IMG/VR virus record: IMGVR_UViG_3300027759_003844
Coordinates: 32,001 to 96,000 of that record
Reading direction: 5' to 3' (one strand)
DNA from: a virus
Taxonomy: Duplodnaviria > Caudoviricetes
Length of the DNA stretch: 64,000 bases
Below, piece by piece: positions 49,919-59,193 of the stretch. The stretch's first letter is position 1. The number at the start of each line of letters is the position of its first letter. Under the pieces are notes generated by a model. The model worked only from the letters and a program-made list of their open reading frames with translations. It ran no database searches and was not told the DNA's origin. A program made the translations under genes and the position numbers.

Positions 49919-51495
49919 GGCTTGCCTCCATAATATTTATCTTTCAAGTATTCATATAAAGTAGGGCATTTTAACGCTTTCTTTTCCCAAAGCAATCTTC
50001 TAGACTCCATTAAATCAAATGTTGGCTGAAGTAGTTGGGCAACATTTTGCCCAGTAACAAATTCCCTTATTTTAAGATAGACACGATTTGCCGTATAAAA
50101 ATGCATTCCGACACCAACCCAGATTGCAGAAGTCCACCTAAGCGGATACGAATCATCTCTTTTAAATGTTTGCATATTAAATCTAAAATTATTTATATTT
50201 TCGTTATGATCAATATCATTATGCATAGAAGTTACATGTCGCCAATATTCAGTATCATCTCTTTTACTTAGGCAATAATGTATTTTAACAAAATCGGTAA
50301 AATCATCAAACCTTTGCGTTACTGATTTATTAAAAACATCAATATCCCATTGATTAATAAAATCATGATCTAGTATTTTCAATAATTCATATATGATTTC
50401 CTGAATTGAATACAGACCATTACTTTCTAAAGGTTCTATGAACCCAGCAGAAAGACCCACGGCAACAACATTTTTCACCCAAATTCTTTCATGCCTTCCC
50501 GCTTTAAATGTTAAATTTCTAAATTTAAGATTATCAATATCTTCTTCAGTTCTTGCTACTTTTAATTTAAATTTTAAATAATTTTTTAATTCATTAAGCG
50601 CATCTTCATCAGTTGTAAATTTATCACTATAGACATAACCAATCCCAAGTCTTGAGTACAAGCCTATATTCCAAACCCAACCATTATCTAATGCAACACA
50701 GCGAGTTTTGTTATTTAATTCAATATTTTTTTCTTTGTACGGTATCTGAACTGCCCACGCATGATTGTTCGGCAAAAAAGATTCATATGATATATATTTT
50801 TCTTTTAATGTTTGTTCAAGCAGTAGGCTTAAAAACCCAGTGCAGTCTATATATAAATCAGCTTTAATTTTAGATTTATTTTCTAAAATCAAACTCTCAA
50901 TTCCATAATCATCAGTTGGTATCTCAACAACCTTGGATAAAATATGGGTGATGCCTCTTGGTATACAATAGTTATTTTTCAACCATTGACCAAATTTTAC
51001 TGCATCAAAATGCAAAGATGTATCTCTTATTGAGTTAAAATTTGGGAATAGATTATCTTCATTATCTGTAAATCTATTATGCTTAACCAATAAAGCTTGT
51101 GGGTAATGAGATTCTGCAAACTCCGTAATAGGGGTTTCTGGATACAGTAACTTCTTAATCTGCCAATCCTGAACCCCGTCTTGATTCAAGTCATACAGAC
51201 CTTGACCAAATGGATATATAAAATCATTTAAATCATCTTTACGATAAAACTCGGAAAACTCCACCGCAATTTTTATAGATGCATCCGTATAAGCAAAAAA
51301 ATCAGATCTATCAATTTCAAGAAGTTCAAAAAAGTAATTGATCCGATCAAATGTACTTTCTCCAACACCAATAATTGGGTCATCTGGACTTTCAATCAAT
51401 GTAATATTTTTATCTGGAAAAAACTTAACCAGGGCGGCAGCTGTCATCCACCCAGCAGAACCACCGCCGACTATTGCAATTGAATCAACTTTCAT
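49915..51495 (-). CDS. Flavin-dependent tryptophan-halogenase-family protein
   Basis: IVGGGSAG, GVGEST, Lys at the catalytic position (DASIK), DCTGF, GWVWNI, FIEPLES. Confidence 0.9.
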   Translation of the reverse strand: MKVDSIAIVGGGSAGWMTAAALVKFFPDKNITLIESPDDPIIGVGESTFDRINYFFELLEIDRSDFFAYTDASIKIAVEFSEFYRKDDLNDFIYPFGQGLYDLNQDGVQDWQIKKLLYPETPITEFAESHYPQALLVKHNRFTDNEDNLFPNFNSIRDTSLHFDAVKFGQWLKNNYCIPRGITHILSKVVEIPTDDYGIESLILENKSKIKADLYIDCTGFLSLLLEQTLKEKYISYESFLPNNHAWAVQIPYKEKNIELNNKTRCVALDNGWVWNIGLYSRLGIGYVYSDKFTTDEDALNELKNYLKFKLKVARTEEDIDNLKFRNLTFKAGRHERIWVKNVVAVGLSAGFIEPLESNGLYSIQEIIYELLKILDHDFINQWDIDVFNKSVTQRFDDFTDFVKIHYCLSKRDDTEYWRHVTSMHNDIDHNENINNFRFNMQTFKRDDSYPLRWTSAIWVGVGMHFYTANRVYLKIREFVTGQNVAQLLQPTFDLMESRRLLWEKKALKCPTLYEYLKDKYYGGKP

Positions 51496-51505
51496 AACAC
51501 CTCTT

Positions 51506-52027
51506 TTAAATTGGTATAAGCCCTGTATTCCCAAACGGGACATTTATTTGTTCGGTTATGTCGTAACCAATAGTTATTCTATGCCCGCTGAATGGCTCAA
51601 CCGCTTCTACTTTATGCATCTTATGACCTTCGCCAAAATATATTTGCCCAATTTTATTTTCAATTTCAAAATCTTCAAATATAGTTTTACTGTTTTTAGG
51701 ATCTATACAGACATATCCATGCCAATCCCATAGATGGTTATGCCAGTTTAGCAGGTTATCTTTAGTTTGAAAATTCAACCATGCCTGCATCCAAAGAGGT
51801 TGGTCGTACCCAAGATTATTCCGTACAATTGTTTTAATTTCATTAAACAGTTTATACATTAACAAATCTGTGGATGTAATAGAAAATACATTATAGATGG
51901 GATATGCTTTTGTTGTATCTTCTGCACCGAATTTCTTTTTAATAAAAGACTTGCCTGTGGTCAATAAATCAATATAGTGTTGTTGATTTTCAACTATTGT
52001 CGGAGATATTACTATTTCTTTTATCAT
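51506..52027 (-). CDS. Putative 2OG-Fe(II)/cupin oxygenase
   Basis: AWLN, WHNH, HKV, RITIGYD. Confidence 0.65.
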   Translation of the reverse strand: MIKEIVISPTIVENQQHYIDLLTTGKSFIKKKFGAEDTTKAYPIYNVFSITSTDLLMYKLFNEIKTIVRNNLGYDQPLWMQAWLNFQTKDNLLNWHNHLWDWHGYVCIDPKNSKTIFEDFEIENKIGQIYFGEGHKMHKVEAVEPFSGHRITIGYDITEQINVPFGNTGLIPI

Positions 52028-52779
52028 AAAGTTAATAAATTATCTTGAATTTCTTGTAAAATAATTCCTCGGATTGAAGATTTATGAAAATTCTCATATC
52101 TACTTTTAAGATTATACCATCTAGGTTCAGCTTTGAAACGAACCATTGATGCCGATATATCATGCAATCTAACAGTTGGTTTAAATCTTTTAAATATAAT
52201 TTTTTTATCAGTGTTAAACTTAAAATACACCAGCGGCTCATCTTTTTCAATTTTTAGATAATCATTCCCGCTCCACAATTGCATTTCTAAGTTTAATGGT
52301 CTAAGCCATTGCCCACAATCATATGTTCCAGGCACTATTGATGCATAGTTAGTATAATTGGTTTTGTGAAAATATGGAGAAGTCATCGTCACCTCAAGTG
52401 GTTCTTCTGCGAAAAAGATATACGACAGCTGATACTCTATTAAAGAGTGATTAGTTAATGTTGGAGCATGTCGCAGCATACCAGGCACTACCGTATGGGA
52501 CTCAGTATCTCCATATAACATCCCTACTTGACCTTCCTCATTTACAGAAACTTTCATTTCGGATAATGCAGGATTTAAAAATAAATATATCTGCTCTAAC
52601 TCATTCTTTACAGCGGGACACTGCATGTAGTTTTTAGTAACAATTGGCGGATGAAAATGTTGCAACAAATCTTGATAGCAAGGAATTGGATTATGAAATA
52701 AAAAATCAAGGTTAAAATCTTCACGGGGATCCCACCACGGAGCCCAATACACAACAACCGATTCTGATGAGGGGTTCAT
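52024..52779 (-). CDS. Hypothetical protein in the oxygenase cassette
   Basis: QCPA...PG.YD.G.W.RP.N...EPL.Y motif; function unknown. Confidence 0.6.
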   Translation of the reverse strand: MNPSSESVVVYWAPWWDPREDFNLDFLFHNPIPCYQDLLQHFHPPIVTKNYMQCPAVKNELEQIYLFLNPALSEMKVSVNEEGQVGMLYGDTESHTVVPGMLRHAPTLTNHSLIEYQLSYIFFAEEPLEVTMTSPYFHKTNYTNYASIVPGTYDCGQWLRPLNLEMQLWSGNDYLKIEKDEPLVYFKFNTDKKIIFKRFKPTVRLHDISASMVRFKAEPRWYNLKSRYENFHKSSIRGIILQEIQDNLLTL

Positions 52780-53393
52780 TATTTAAATTTCGGACCGAGC
52801 ACCCAGACAACAAGGGAGCTACGAGTCCCCTCCGTAACTGGGCTGACCTTGTGATCAATATACGATGGGAACACCACCATTGATCCAATAGATTGTGGAG
52901 TAATATTGACTGGGTTATTTTCATGATCCCTCACAACATACAAATCACCGCCGATGTATTCATCTCTATTGCAAAGAATTACTGACGCAGAAAGTTTTCT
53001 ATTTTGCATAACCATGTTCACTGGAACATCTGCCTGCCCAAACTCCATATCGCAGTGCCAGTCATAGTAATTATTATCAGGACCATATTCTGTGTATTGC
53101 ATATTTGCAAACCCATACAAATCAAATTGAAAATAAAATTCATTAGCCCATTCCAAAGCGCCCATTATTTTTTCAAAAATCCATCGTGTTTCCTCAGTAG
53201 GAACCAAAAAACTATTTTTTGATTTTCTAATTGATTCATTAATAACAGTTGATACAAGTGCGGAATCTGATAAACCTGCAGATTTACCAATCTGAATAAT
53301 TCGCAGACATTCCTCTTCTGTAAAAACATCGTCCAGCGTTACTGACGGATGGTTAGACGAAAGCATTTCGCTAAATTGTGGATTTAATTTCAT
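52779..53393 (-). CDS. 2OG-Fe(II) oxygenase (prolyl-hydroxylase-like)
   Basis: WHCD, RKLS, GGDL, FPS..HKVSPV..GTRSSLV.W. Confidence 0.9.
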   Translation of the reverse strand: MKLNPQFSEMLSSNHPSVTLDDVFTEEECLRIIQIGKSAGLSDSALVSTVINESIRKSKNSFLVPTEETRWIFEKIMGALEWANEFYFQFDLYGFANMQYTEYGPDNNYYDWHCDMEFGQADVPVNMVMQNRKLSASVILCNRDEYIGGDLYVVRDHENNPVNITPQSIGSMVVFPSYIDHKVSPVTEGTRSSLVVWVLGPKFK

Positions 53394-53815
53394 ACAATAT
53401 CTCCATTAAGTAGTTCGTAAAATTTATTAATATGATCTGGGTTAATTTCATAAACATTTTCATGATTCACCTCACCAGTGATTGTTTTAGTAATCATTGA
53501 TCGGTAATCAGGATAGTCTTGATATATAAACCTATTGTAGACCAAAATAGAGTCCAGGAAGTCCCGAAGCTTTGATGGATTATGCCTATGATACTCAGTC
53601 ATAGCCTTAGTCATAATATCAGTTTCAAATTTAAATTGATCAATCATTGCTTGATGAATATCAAAAATCAAACTTGGATGCTCGTCAATTAATTCATTAA
53701 AGCGCAGACCGTCAGAAATAAAAAAAACTTCATTGTCAATGATAACGCATGGACCATGTAGGGTTGACTGAATTACATATTCTTTAACTTGATTTGGCTT
53801 ATTAAATTTTCTCAT
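53390..53815 (-). CDS. Hypothetical protein
   Basis: ORF track; leaderless-type promoter upstream. Confidence 0.65.
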   Translation of the reverse strand: MRKFNKPNQVKEYVIQSTLHGPCVIIDNEVFFISDGLRFNELIDEHPSLIFDIHQAMIDQFKFETDIMTKAMTEYHRHNPSKLRDFLDSILVYNRFIYQDYPDYRSMITKTITGEVNHENVYEINPDHINKFYELLNGDIV

Positions 53816-53844
53816 AAACCAAGCATATCACACAGGGTGTGTAT

Positions 53845-54138
53845 TTATTCTGTCATTTTATTATATTTTTCGGGGTTAACTTCCATCCAGTCAATGACAC
53901 AGTGCTCTGTATTGTTAGGAATGGTGTCACTCTCAACAATATAATTTGCCGCCCGCAAGACATTGATGCAATCAACAATTGAACAGATGTAAGGGCTACC
54001 TAAGTTGCCATATTCTTCGTTCAATATTTCTTGTTTTGAAATTTGTAAATAAAACAAAATTGACTCAAGGATGGCTCTTGTTGCATCATCGCTTTCAAAA
54101 AAAATCTTTACACTCTTTACATTACCATCACTACGCAT
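53845..54138 (-). CDS. Hypothetical protein
   Basis: ORF track; overlaps neighbour. Confidence 0.6.
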   Translation of the reverse strand: MRSDGNVKSVKIFFESDDATRAILESILFYLQISKQEILNEEYGNLGSPYICSIVDCINVLRAANYIVESDTIPNNTEHCVIDWMEVNPEKYNKMTE

Positions 54139-54313
54139 CTTTTAACGCCTCCCATTTATTTAACGGACACTGACTGCTCTTCAATAAAGTTTTAATTTTC
54201 ATAAAACATCCACACTCTAAGCATGTTGCTGTGCTCTTGTAGAAACTTGAACAGTCTCTACAAATTGACATTCTCAGTAACGATAAATCTTGTATTTCTT
54301 TATATTTATTCAT
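54131..54313 (-). CDS. Small Cys-rich protein (DUF6171-like)
   Basis: R..IC..C...C..CGCF..K.....CP..KW. Confidence 0.7.
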   Translation of the reverse strand: MNKYKEIQDLSLLRMSICRDCSSFYKSTATCLECGCFMKIKTLLKSSQCPLNKWEALKDA

Positions 54314-54315
54314 AT

Positions 54316-55227
54316 TTAATTCGGTGTATACTCAAAAGATTCAATAGCAGTATGAGCGCTTACAGTAGAAGGACCAGTTAGCATTCCGTGCTTATTCGCT
54401 CTGTCTGGGGTTCCCGCAGTTGCTGTATAGCTTGCAACAGTTCCACCAGTATTCATTTGCGCAGTAATGATTGCGCTTGCTGGTTGAGTGTTGGCTTGAA
54501 CATATGCAACATAATCAGTAGCAGTTAATGTATTTGCAACCTCCACCGTTGAAACAGTAGAAACAGTACCTGCTGTTTTTTTAACCACTCCAATTTGATG
54601 ACGATACCAAGTTGATGCTGTTGCACCATATGATGTCACACATGATGATCCAGAAAGTGTTCGTCCAGGATAGGAGTTGCAGTTATATGCGGCAGGCTGA
54701 ACAGTGTATGTTGCAGCATACGAGTATACCCAACAGCATTGGAAACAACCCCAACCAAATGGGCTTCCACCACCAGGGCAGGAAGTTACACCGTATGGTC
54801 CACCACTCGCAGGGCTTGATATAGTACAAGTAGTGCCATACAGAGTTCCACCGCTTGGGCAACTATACGGGGCAGCAGTGAAGGTGGATTTTTGACTATG
54901 CGCTCCCCACCAATTGTTGGCATCTGTCACCCAAAAAGAAACACCATGACCTGAATTTGTTGCAGTTGTGGAAGTTGATTTAACAATAACATCTTTAGTA
55001 TTAGTGTCTACAACGGCAACTGGGTAGGAAGATCCTGCAGTGATTGAGTAGGCTTTATTTCCAATAATACCCCATGTACCACTTGTTGCCACCCATGTAG
55101 CTGATGTTTGAGGAAGGGTCAAAGCGCTATCTCCTGCAGTAAAGCTGTCTATAAAAGCTTTCAACTTAGTTGTAAGTCTTTTTGCTCCAAATGCTCCACT
55201 TGCTTTAACACTGCTAAAGATAGCCAT
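54316..55227 (-). CDS. Putative receptor-binding/virion protein with Cys-rich insert
   Basis: Beta-rich body with CPSGGTLYGTTC-type units; follows a fibre gene. Confidence 0.6.
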   Translation of the reverse strand: MAIFSSVKASGAFGAKRLTTKLKAFIDSFTAGDSALTLPQTSATWVATSGTWGIIGNKAYSITAGSSYPVAVVDTNTKDVIVKSTSTTATNSGHGVSFWVTDANNWWGAHSQKSTFTAAPYSCPSGGTLYGTTCTISSPASGGPYGVTSCPGGGSPFGWGCFQCCWVYSYAATYTVQPAAYNCNSYPGRTLSGSSCVTSYGATASTWYRHQIGVVKKTAGTVSTVSTVEVANTLTATDYVAYVQANTQPASAIITAQMNTGGTVASYTATAGTPDRANKHGMLTGPSTVSAHTAIESFEYTPN

Positions 55228-55239
55228 AATCCTCCGTAA

Positions 55240-57261
55240 TTAGTAGTTGACGCTTGCAGCGCCAAACACACTCCAAGCCGACCCTGTTCGGAGAAGGTTG
55301 AATGTATAAATATCAATTTTCCCAGAACTTGATGTTGCAGCAACTGCATTACCACCAGACCACTTAATTGTTTGACCAACGCCATCAATTTGGAAAGCGC
55401 TTGGGTAGTATCCTGTAGCGCCTTGTGTAATGATTGCTGAGAAAGTAATAATTCTATCGTTAGTTGTTGGAACATTTGTTAAGTTAATAGTAAAGTTAGC
55501 TGATGGTGCAGAGTAGTAAGAAATTAATGTATCTGCATATGACACGGTGGAAACATTGGAGGTTATTGTTGCAGATGCAACGACTTCTGAAACTTCAGCC
55601 ATTGTTAAACGACCATTGACCGTTGTATTACCAGTAATTGTTACATCACCAGTAACATTCAATGTTCCGCCAACATGCACATTGTTTGCAGTAGCGATAC
55701 CGCCAGTAACAACAAGAGCAGCAGCCGTGGTGCTTGAGGCAGCCGTGGTATTAGAAATAGTTACAATTCCAGCAACATTAGCAAGACCGCTTGCTTCAAG
55801 ATTACCAACAATCAAGTTAGCGTTTGATGCAGCAGCAAAGTTTGCTGTTGATGTAGGAGCTTCTGTCAGACCAGTAAATAATCTAAACTTACCAGAATCA
55901 GAAGCATCTCTTAACAGACCAGCATATTTCGTGCCGCTGCTTGTATACTTACCAGCAAAACCAAGGTCTAGTGAATCACCAGAGTTGGTATTACCCATGA
56001 AAATAATTGGGTCAGAAACTGTCAAGTTATTTGACGAGAACGCTCCACCACCAACAGTGATTGTACCCGTGATGCTTGTATTACCAGTAATGAACACATT
56101 ACCACCAATACCAACACCACCAACAACAGTCAAAGCACCAGTTGTTGCGCTTGTAGAGTTGGTTGCAATATTGATTGCAACAGATGTGTTTGGAGTGATA
56201 ACCATTTGAGTTTTATCACTTAACAAACCGCCTGCCGCAAAGATAATTTTATTCTGTGTTCCATTACCACCAGTAGCAAGAATTAAGTTTCCCTTGCCTG
56301 TAGTGTTTGCTGGGGCTTCCATGAAAATATAACCATCATGACCACCAGTAACTGTGAATGAGGCATCAGCAAAGTTAGCCGATGTAATACCCATATCAAT
56401 CCAACCAGCATCATCAGTGCCTGCATCGGCATACGCAATAATATCTGTTGAGCTGTTTGCATTTGTTCCCAAGTTTCTAAAAGCAATTTGGGAATAATCT
56501 GTTGTATTTGATTGAACAGTTAAAGTTGGGTTTGTTAATGTACCACCAAAGGCGCTTGCACCATTACCAACAGTTGCTGATGAAGTTGCGTTCAAAGCTA
56601 ATGTTATCACTGATGTATTAGCAGTTAAGGTGGTTGCGAGTACCGTGCCAGACACGGTTGCATTAGCAATTGACAATGTATTTGTCCAAGAAACATCTGT
56701 ACCATCAGTTTTTAATACCTTGTTTGCATTGCCAGTTTGTGCTGGGATTTCTCCAGTCCCGCCTTGGGAAAACAGAGCCCAGTATGGCGCTGCCAAGTCA
56801 GTTGCAAAAGTGCTTGTACTAGTATGATCACTTGTTGAAATATATGCGTTACCATTAACGAATGCAAGATCATTAACCAAATAAGCAGTTGTCCCCGCCC
56901 AGTTACCTCTCCAATTAGTTCCACTAACAAAAGCTTGCCATTTAGCAGCAGCTAAGTTAGTTGAGAAAGTTCCAGAGGTGTGCGCTTCTAAACAAATATA
57001 ACTTATTCCACCACGCACAACAATATCATCAAGTTTATAGGCGGTTGATGTTGCCCAAGTTCCTCTAAAATCCTGTCCATCAGCCAGCAAAGACCAATAA
57101 GTAGCATTTGTTGGCAAGTTACCAGCAGCGGAGGTCGTGCTAATATAAACATATGATTTTGCCCCATAGGACACAACATCATTCAATTCATAGGTAGTGC
57201 CACCAGCATATACGCCTTGATGAAAAAACCTTAATCTTCCTAAATCTATTGCCTGTGCCAT
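55240..57261 (-). CDS. Long fibre protein with N-terminal carbohydrate-binding-like repeats
   Basis: Three G.(W/Y)...T.Y...D(V/I/L) repeats, TGALTVVGGVGIGG repeats, IKWSGG...DIYTF C-terminal domain. Confidence 0.75.
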   Translation of the reverse strand: MAQAIDLGRLRFFHQGVYAGGTTYELNDVVSYGAKSYVYISTTSAAGNLPTNATYWSLLADGQDFRGTWATSTAYKLDDIVVRGGISYICLEAHTSGTFSTNLAAAKWQAFVSGTNWRGNWAGTTAYLVNDLAFVNGNAYISTSDHTSTSTFATDLAAPYWALFSQGGTGEIPAQTGNANKVLKTDGTDVSWTNTLSIANATVSGTVLATTLTANTSVITLALNATSSATVGNGASAFGGTLTNPTLTVQSNTTDYSQIAFRNLGTNANSSTDIIAYADAGTDDAGWIDMGITSANFADASFTVTGGHDGYIFMEAPANTTGKGNLILATGGNGTQNKIIFAAGGLLSDKTQMVITPNTSVAINIATNSTSATTGALTVVGGVGIGGNVFITGNTSITGTITVGGGAFSSNNLTVSDPIIFMGNTNSGDSLDLGFAGKYTSSGTKYAGLLRDASDSGKFRLFTGLTEAPTSTANFAAASNANLIVGNLEASGLANVAGIVTISNTTAASSTTAAALVVTGGIATANNVHVGGTLNVTGDVTITGNTTVNGRLTMAEVSEVVASATITSNVSTVSYADTLISYYSAPSANFTINLTNVPTTNDRIITFSAIITQGATGYYPSAFQIDGVGQTIKWSGGNAVAATSSSGKIDIYTFNLLRTGSAWSVFGAASVNY

Positions 57262-57666
57262 TTACGCAACCTCCAAAATCAAATGCGATTTATTACTAGT
57301 ATACCATGAGTAGCTTAATTCAGATTGACTTGTAAGCCAGTTGACATAAACACTAGTATTATTATAATCTAAAACCTCTCCTGCTACCAAATTTGCCAAA
57401 CTTGCTGCTAGACTTTCTCTTCCAACAAATCTAAAACCACCATCGGGATTTGCAACAAGTGTTCCGTCACCACTTCTATAGTCTGGAATCTGAATCGGAT
57501 CAGTATCCGACAATGCCTGGACTGTTAATCTCCCAGTAGCAGGGTCAAACTGCCATCCATGAAAGTATGCGCCATCTAGAATTTCATGAATTTTTGGATC
57601 CCAAGTAACTGCTGCTCCAGAAGCATTACCGCTACCACTACCACCAGAATTGACTAAACTAGGCAT
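57262..57666 (-). CDS. Hypothetical virion protein
   Basis: Position in structural cluster. Confidence 0.55.
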   Translation of the reverse strand: MPSLVNSGGSGSGNASGAAVTWDPKIHEILDGAYFHGWQFDPATGRLTVQALSDTDPIQIPDYRSGDGTLVANPDGGFRFVGRESLAASLANLVAGEVLDYNNTSVYVNWLTSQSELSYSWYTSNKSHLILEVA

Positions 57667-57991
57667 ACTCTACCCCGCTAATATTAAAAGTTAAAGAGCT
57701 ATTGCTAGATGCAACATAAATCTTGCTATTTGCTGGAATCACAATGGCTGTGTTGTAATACAAAACATCATTTTTAATAACAACGGCGTTGCTAATAATC
57801 TTGTTATTCGCTCCAGCAGCAGTTGCTCCTACGAGGATATGAATATCCGCTGTAGCATTTGCCGTATCGCTGGTGTTGCAAATGTTAATTGATTTAATAA
57901 TTGAGTAATTTCCAACAGTGTTAGCAACTGTATATACATTAGCAGCAGTTGTATTCCCAAGATAGAACGATTTAGGAACTAAGTTAGCCAT
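57659..57991 (-). CDS. Small beta-rich virion adaptor-like protein
   Basis: YTV...IIKSINICN...ISGVE; resembles 41676..42029. Confidence 0.6.
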   Translation of the reverse strand: MANLVPKSFYLGNTTAANVYTVANTVGNYSIIKSINICNTSDTANATADIHILVGATAAGANNKIISNAVVIKNDVLYYNTAIVIPANSKIYVASSNSSLTFNISGVEYA

Positions 57992-58333
57992 TTATACCCC
58001 CATCCACATTAAAACTTCATTATCATAGGTAGTTGTATTCATGTCTTGAATACTTAAAGCGTCTAGAACATGATCAACAAATGCAGAGGTGCTGTGCGCC
58101 ACTGCGCTAGTATTATCATAACCACGAATGCAGCCATCAAAAGTAGTTGATGTCTTTGAAGAAACTAAAACTTTTTCTTCATCAGGAGTTCCTCTATCAA
58201 CAACAACAACAAAAGGATTATTGCCAGAAGGGTAAGAAGTAGTATCTGCTACTGGTAGCGAAGTTACAGAGTTATTAACCCCAGCAGTTAAAACCGTTCT
58301 TGTAGCTGCACCAGTAAAATCTCTTCTCAGCAT
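57992..58333 (-). CDS. Small virion protein (E...RG..T.A..H module)
   Basis: Same module occurs twice in 21757..25668. Confidence 0.6.
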   Translation of the reverse strand: MLRRDFTGAATRTVLTAGVNNSVTSLPVADTTSYPSGNNPFVVVVDRGTPDEEKVLVSSKTSTTFDGCIRGYDNTSAVAHSTSAFVDHVLDALSIQDMNTTTYDNEVLMWMGV

Positions 58334-58342
58334 ACTAATCTC

Positions 58343-58726
58343 CTAGTCAATGCTGATATCAAGATCGCCTGTTGCGATTCTTAAAGTATCCCCAGCATCT
58401 GTTGTTTTGTTGGCTGTGAGAGTTCCCCACAACAATAAGTTTCCAGAGGTAAGTGCATCAAACACACCAATAGCTACAGTCGTAGCAGCAGGCATTCCTG
58501 CAAAGTCAATATTGGCAGTATTAGATGTTGTTCCGCTTGCCGCAGCAGAAAATGTAGCTGTTTGACGAGCATATGAGCCGCCAGTAACTTGAGTTCCACC
58601 ACCAGCGTCTGTTGGAACAACGGTATAAAGCCCCACATAAACAGTGGTTGGCTTAGTATATGTGGCTGTGCCTAAGAAATGATCAAGCAATTTGTTCTCT
58701 AGATAGTCTGAAAGATTCCCTGCCAT
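58343..58726 (-). CDS. Conserved virion structural protein
   Basis: LSDYLENKLLDH, GGSYARQ, DALTSGNLL. Confidence 0.7.
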   Translation of the reverse strand: MAGNLSDYLENKLLDHFLGTATYTKPTTVYVGLYTVVPTDAGGGTQVTGGSYARQTATFSAAASGTTSNTANIDFAGMPAATTVAIGVFDALTSGNLLLWGTLTANKTTDAGDTLRIATGDLDISID

Positions 58727-58729
58727 AAA

Positions 58730-59095
58730 TTAGCCCTCCAAGTTATTATAATACATTTCTTTTTCTTCGTCATTAGCTAATCTGAAATTAGAAAGTCTTA
58801 AAAGTAAATTTGCTTCTGCAAAAGAGACCTCTCTCATTGGAGATTCTCTTGTAAACCTAATTCCTGTTCCCGTTGTATAACCTATTCCACTTTCAAAATA
58901 AATTACAAGGGATTCAGTATCACTAGAAACGGCTGCTAATTTAACAGACCGTTCCGTTTCTTTTCCGTCATCAACCAAGCCATCATTATCCCCATCAACA
59001 GGGATCACTTCTTTCTTAACTGCAGCTTTCTTGACTGGAGCCTTCTTGCGAGGGGCTGCTGTTTCAGTTGTAACTACATTGTCTCTGTTTACCAT
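58730..59095 (-). CDS. Hypothetical protein with K/A-rich stretch and DxDxDG motif
   Basis: APRKKAPVKKAAVKK; DGDNDG; start moved downstream of the hairpin. Confidence 0.6.
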   Translation of the reverse strand: MVNRDNVVTTETAAPRKKAPVKKAAVKKEVIPVDGDNDGLVDDGKETERSVKLAAVSSDTESLVIYFESGIGYTTGTGIRFTRESPMREVSFAEANLLLRLSNFRLANDEEKEMYYNNLEG

Positions 59096-59141
59096 AAACC
59101 ATCCTATTCTATAAATTCTTATATCCAGTATAACATGAGAG

Positions 59142-59173
59142 AGGGTGGAGAGTGATCGCTCACACTCCACCCT
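59142..59173 (-). terminator. Stable hairpin after the capsid gene, lacking a U-tract
   Basis: Minus strand AGGGTGGAG-T-GTGA-GCGA-TCAC-T-CTCCACCCT. Confidence 0.65.
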
Positions 59174-59193
59174 TTCTACATTAATTATTTATA

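Noticed and set aside
59096-59170. N-terminal extension of ORF 58730..59170
   Set aside because: It overlaps the post-capsid hairpin; ATG 59095 is the more plausible start
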